Source of the DNA: Escherichia phage outra
DNA length: 64,000 nucleotides
Strand: one strand, 5' to 3'
Sequence record: MN850645.1
A program made the position numbers and the translations under genes. A model generated the notes under the pieces. It made no database searches. It was not told where the DNA came from and saw only the letters and a list, made by a program, of their open reading frames with translations. The number at the start of each line of letters is the position of its first letter. The stretch's first letter is position 1. Below, one piece after another: positions 62,637 through 64,000 of the stretch.

Positions 62637-64000
62637 TTACATCTTACAAGCCTCACAACCGGATTCTTCATCCTCTTGAGCGAGTGAGGTTGCTGATTTT
62701 GTTCGACTATTTAGATAGTACAAAGATTTACCACCAAGTTTTGCAAACTGAAGAATATATTGCATTTCTGATTTAATGGATAAACGACCACCTTCCATCT
62801 TAGAATAGTCAATCCACTTGTCACATGATGCACCTTGATCTAAGAATTTAGTCAACAGTCCATATGCTTCAGCCATATCTTTATCTGGCGTATCCCAAGC
62901 CGATTGGTAAATATCTTTTAGTTTATCGTAATCTGGCACAATAAACAGAACATTACCTTTTTGGCTTTGTTTATAAACTATAGTATCACGTACAGGATAC
63001 ACAGAGTTAGTCGTATTACTTACAAGACTACTGGACTCATTCGGAGCAATAGCTGCTAATACACTATTTCGGATACCGCCTTGTGCAATGATATCTTGTC
63101 GTAAACCTTCCCAATCCATTTTAAGTTTAAAATTGCCAATATCATCTACAGCTTTAGCGTAGGTGTCAATAGGCAACCATCCTTCAGGCCATTTGGTTTT
63201 ATGCATCCATTCTGCATTACCTTTCTCTTTTGCCAAACGAAGAGAAGCTCTTGCTAACCAATAATAATGTCTTTCTGCTAATTCGTGAATTAGTTTTTTG
63301 CCGTAAGGATCTGAATAAGTAACAAAATTACTTGCCAGATAATGTGCAAGGTTTGTAATACCTACACCGATAGACCTACGTGCTTTAGCAGTGATTTCGT
63401 TATGTTTAAACGGATACTGCATTGTTTCAATCACATTATCAATAGTTAGAACGGTATAATATGCAACATCTTCATATTCTTCTGGTGTAACACGACCAGC
63501 TACAATAGAAGACAGGAAGCATAATGCCAATTCTTGATCTTCTGTATTCTCACCTGTGAAAAGATCAGTCATATTGTGAAATGCTTTCGTAGGTAAGAAA
63601 ATTTCTTGGCACAAGTTTGACTGGTAAATAACATCCTTAAACGGAGTATGCTTATTAGCATTATCCGCAAAGAACATATAAATACGTCCTGTTTCTGCTC
63701 TTTGTGTAATAATTTCTGCCAGAAGATCTCTTGCTTTTACAAACTTCTTCTTAATTCGTTTGCGACTAACTTTTTCATATACTTCTTCAAACTCTTCCTC
63801 GCTTTTATAAAGCGCCTCATAGAGTTCTGGTGCTTCGTCATAACTGACTAGCATCCAATCTTTACCTTTTGCTGCACGTCGCAGGAAAGCATTGTTTACT
63901 ACAATAGAGTAATCAAGTTTATCTACTCGTTTTTCACTAACAGTAGTTGGGTTTTTCAAACGTACCAGATCTTCAAAATCAGGTTCTAATATTGTAAACG
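62637..64000 (-). CDS. nrdA: ribonucleotide reductase large (alpha) subunit, class I; 3' portion only, 5' end beyond window
   Basis: active-site SNLCQEI block and C-terminal ESGCEACKM tail; catalytic block lies only about 100 aa into the track ORF, so the N-terminal half must be outside the window. Confidence 0.85.
   Translation of the reverse strand, partial: FTILEPDFEDLVRLKNPTTVSEKRVDKLDYSIVVNNAFLRRAAKGKDWMLVSYDEAPELYEALYKSEEEFEEVYEKVSRKRIKKKFVKARDLLAEIITQRAETGRIYMFFADNANKHTPFKDVIYQSNLCQEIFLPTKAFHNMTDLFTGENTEDQELALCFLSSIVAGRVTPEEYEDVAYYTVLTIDNVIETMQYPFKHNEITAKARRSIGVGITNLAHYLASNFVTYSDPYGKKLIHELAERHYYWLARASLRLAKEKGNAEWMHKTKWPEGWLPIDTYAKAVDDIGNFKLKMDWEGLRQDIIAQGGIRNSVLAAIAPNESSSLVSNTTNSVYPVRDTIVYKQSQKGNVLFIVPDYDKLKDIYQSAWDTPDKDMAEAYGLLTKFLDQGASCDKWIDYSKMEGGRLSIKSEMQYILQFAKLGGKSLYYLNSRTKSATSLAQEDEESGCEACKM

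Noticed and set aside
62637-63959. Track ORF 62637-63959 as a complete 440-aa protein
   Set aside because: The translation is the C-terminal part of class I NrdA (catalytic SNLCQEI block only about 100 aa from the ORF start), so the gene must continue beyond the window; annotated as partial.
1-64000. tRNA or other structured RNA genes
   Set aside because: I looked for T-loop-like GGTTCGAATCC / GTTCRANYC motifs and cloverleaf-sized GC-rich segments; the only hits were inside coding regions. None called, though a tRNAscan-SE or Infernal run would be needed to be sure.

Overview
This 64-kb window looks like part of a large virulent tailed-phage genome (T4-like or jumbo-phage-like gene content) infecting a Gram-negative, probably enterobacterial, host. 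All functional calls come from reading motifs in the supplied translations and DNA by eye; no database search, GC calculation or RNA folding was run. I found no rRNA, tRNA or CRISPR array. Layout: (1) 1-13.9 kb, minus-strand block with an AAA+ ATPase, anaerobic ribonucleotide reductase nrdD/nrdG, a YqeY-like protein, a UvrD-like helicase and about 20 small unknown ORFs. (2) 14-18.9 kb, plus-strand block with a second AAA+ paralogue and a Zn-ribbon-repeat/T5orf172-like protein translationally coupled to a NADAR-family protein. (3) 18.9-19.5 kb, AT-rich region with three tandem ~67-bp direct repeats and a cluster of Fur-box-like palindromes. (4) 19.5-30.3 kb, an island that by eye has higher GC and host-like codons, holding about 30 small genes, most with their own sigma70-like promoter and a conserved 5' leader hairpin (GGCGGGAAA-TGG-TTTCCCGCC or GCGGCA-ATAG-TGCCGC). 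This island is my best candidate for the novel system: a modular host-takeover or anti-defence gene set. (5) 30.3-31.9 kb, 1.65 kb of AT-rich non-coding DNA with more Fur-box-like sites and palindromes. (6) 32-44.3 kb, a tightly packed plus-strand operon of small ORFs including a four-member tandem paralogue family. (7) 44.3-64 kb, minus-strand block with a Sir2-like protein, C5-cytosine methyltransferase, Ser/Thr phosphatase, serine recombinase, small amino-methyltransferase-like protein, HslV-like proteasome-family hydrolase, PhoH, T4-type lysozyme, glutaredoxin, a dTDP-L-rhamnose operon (rmlB-A-C-D), NrdB and the 3' part of NrdA, which runs off the window edge.
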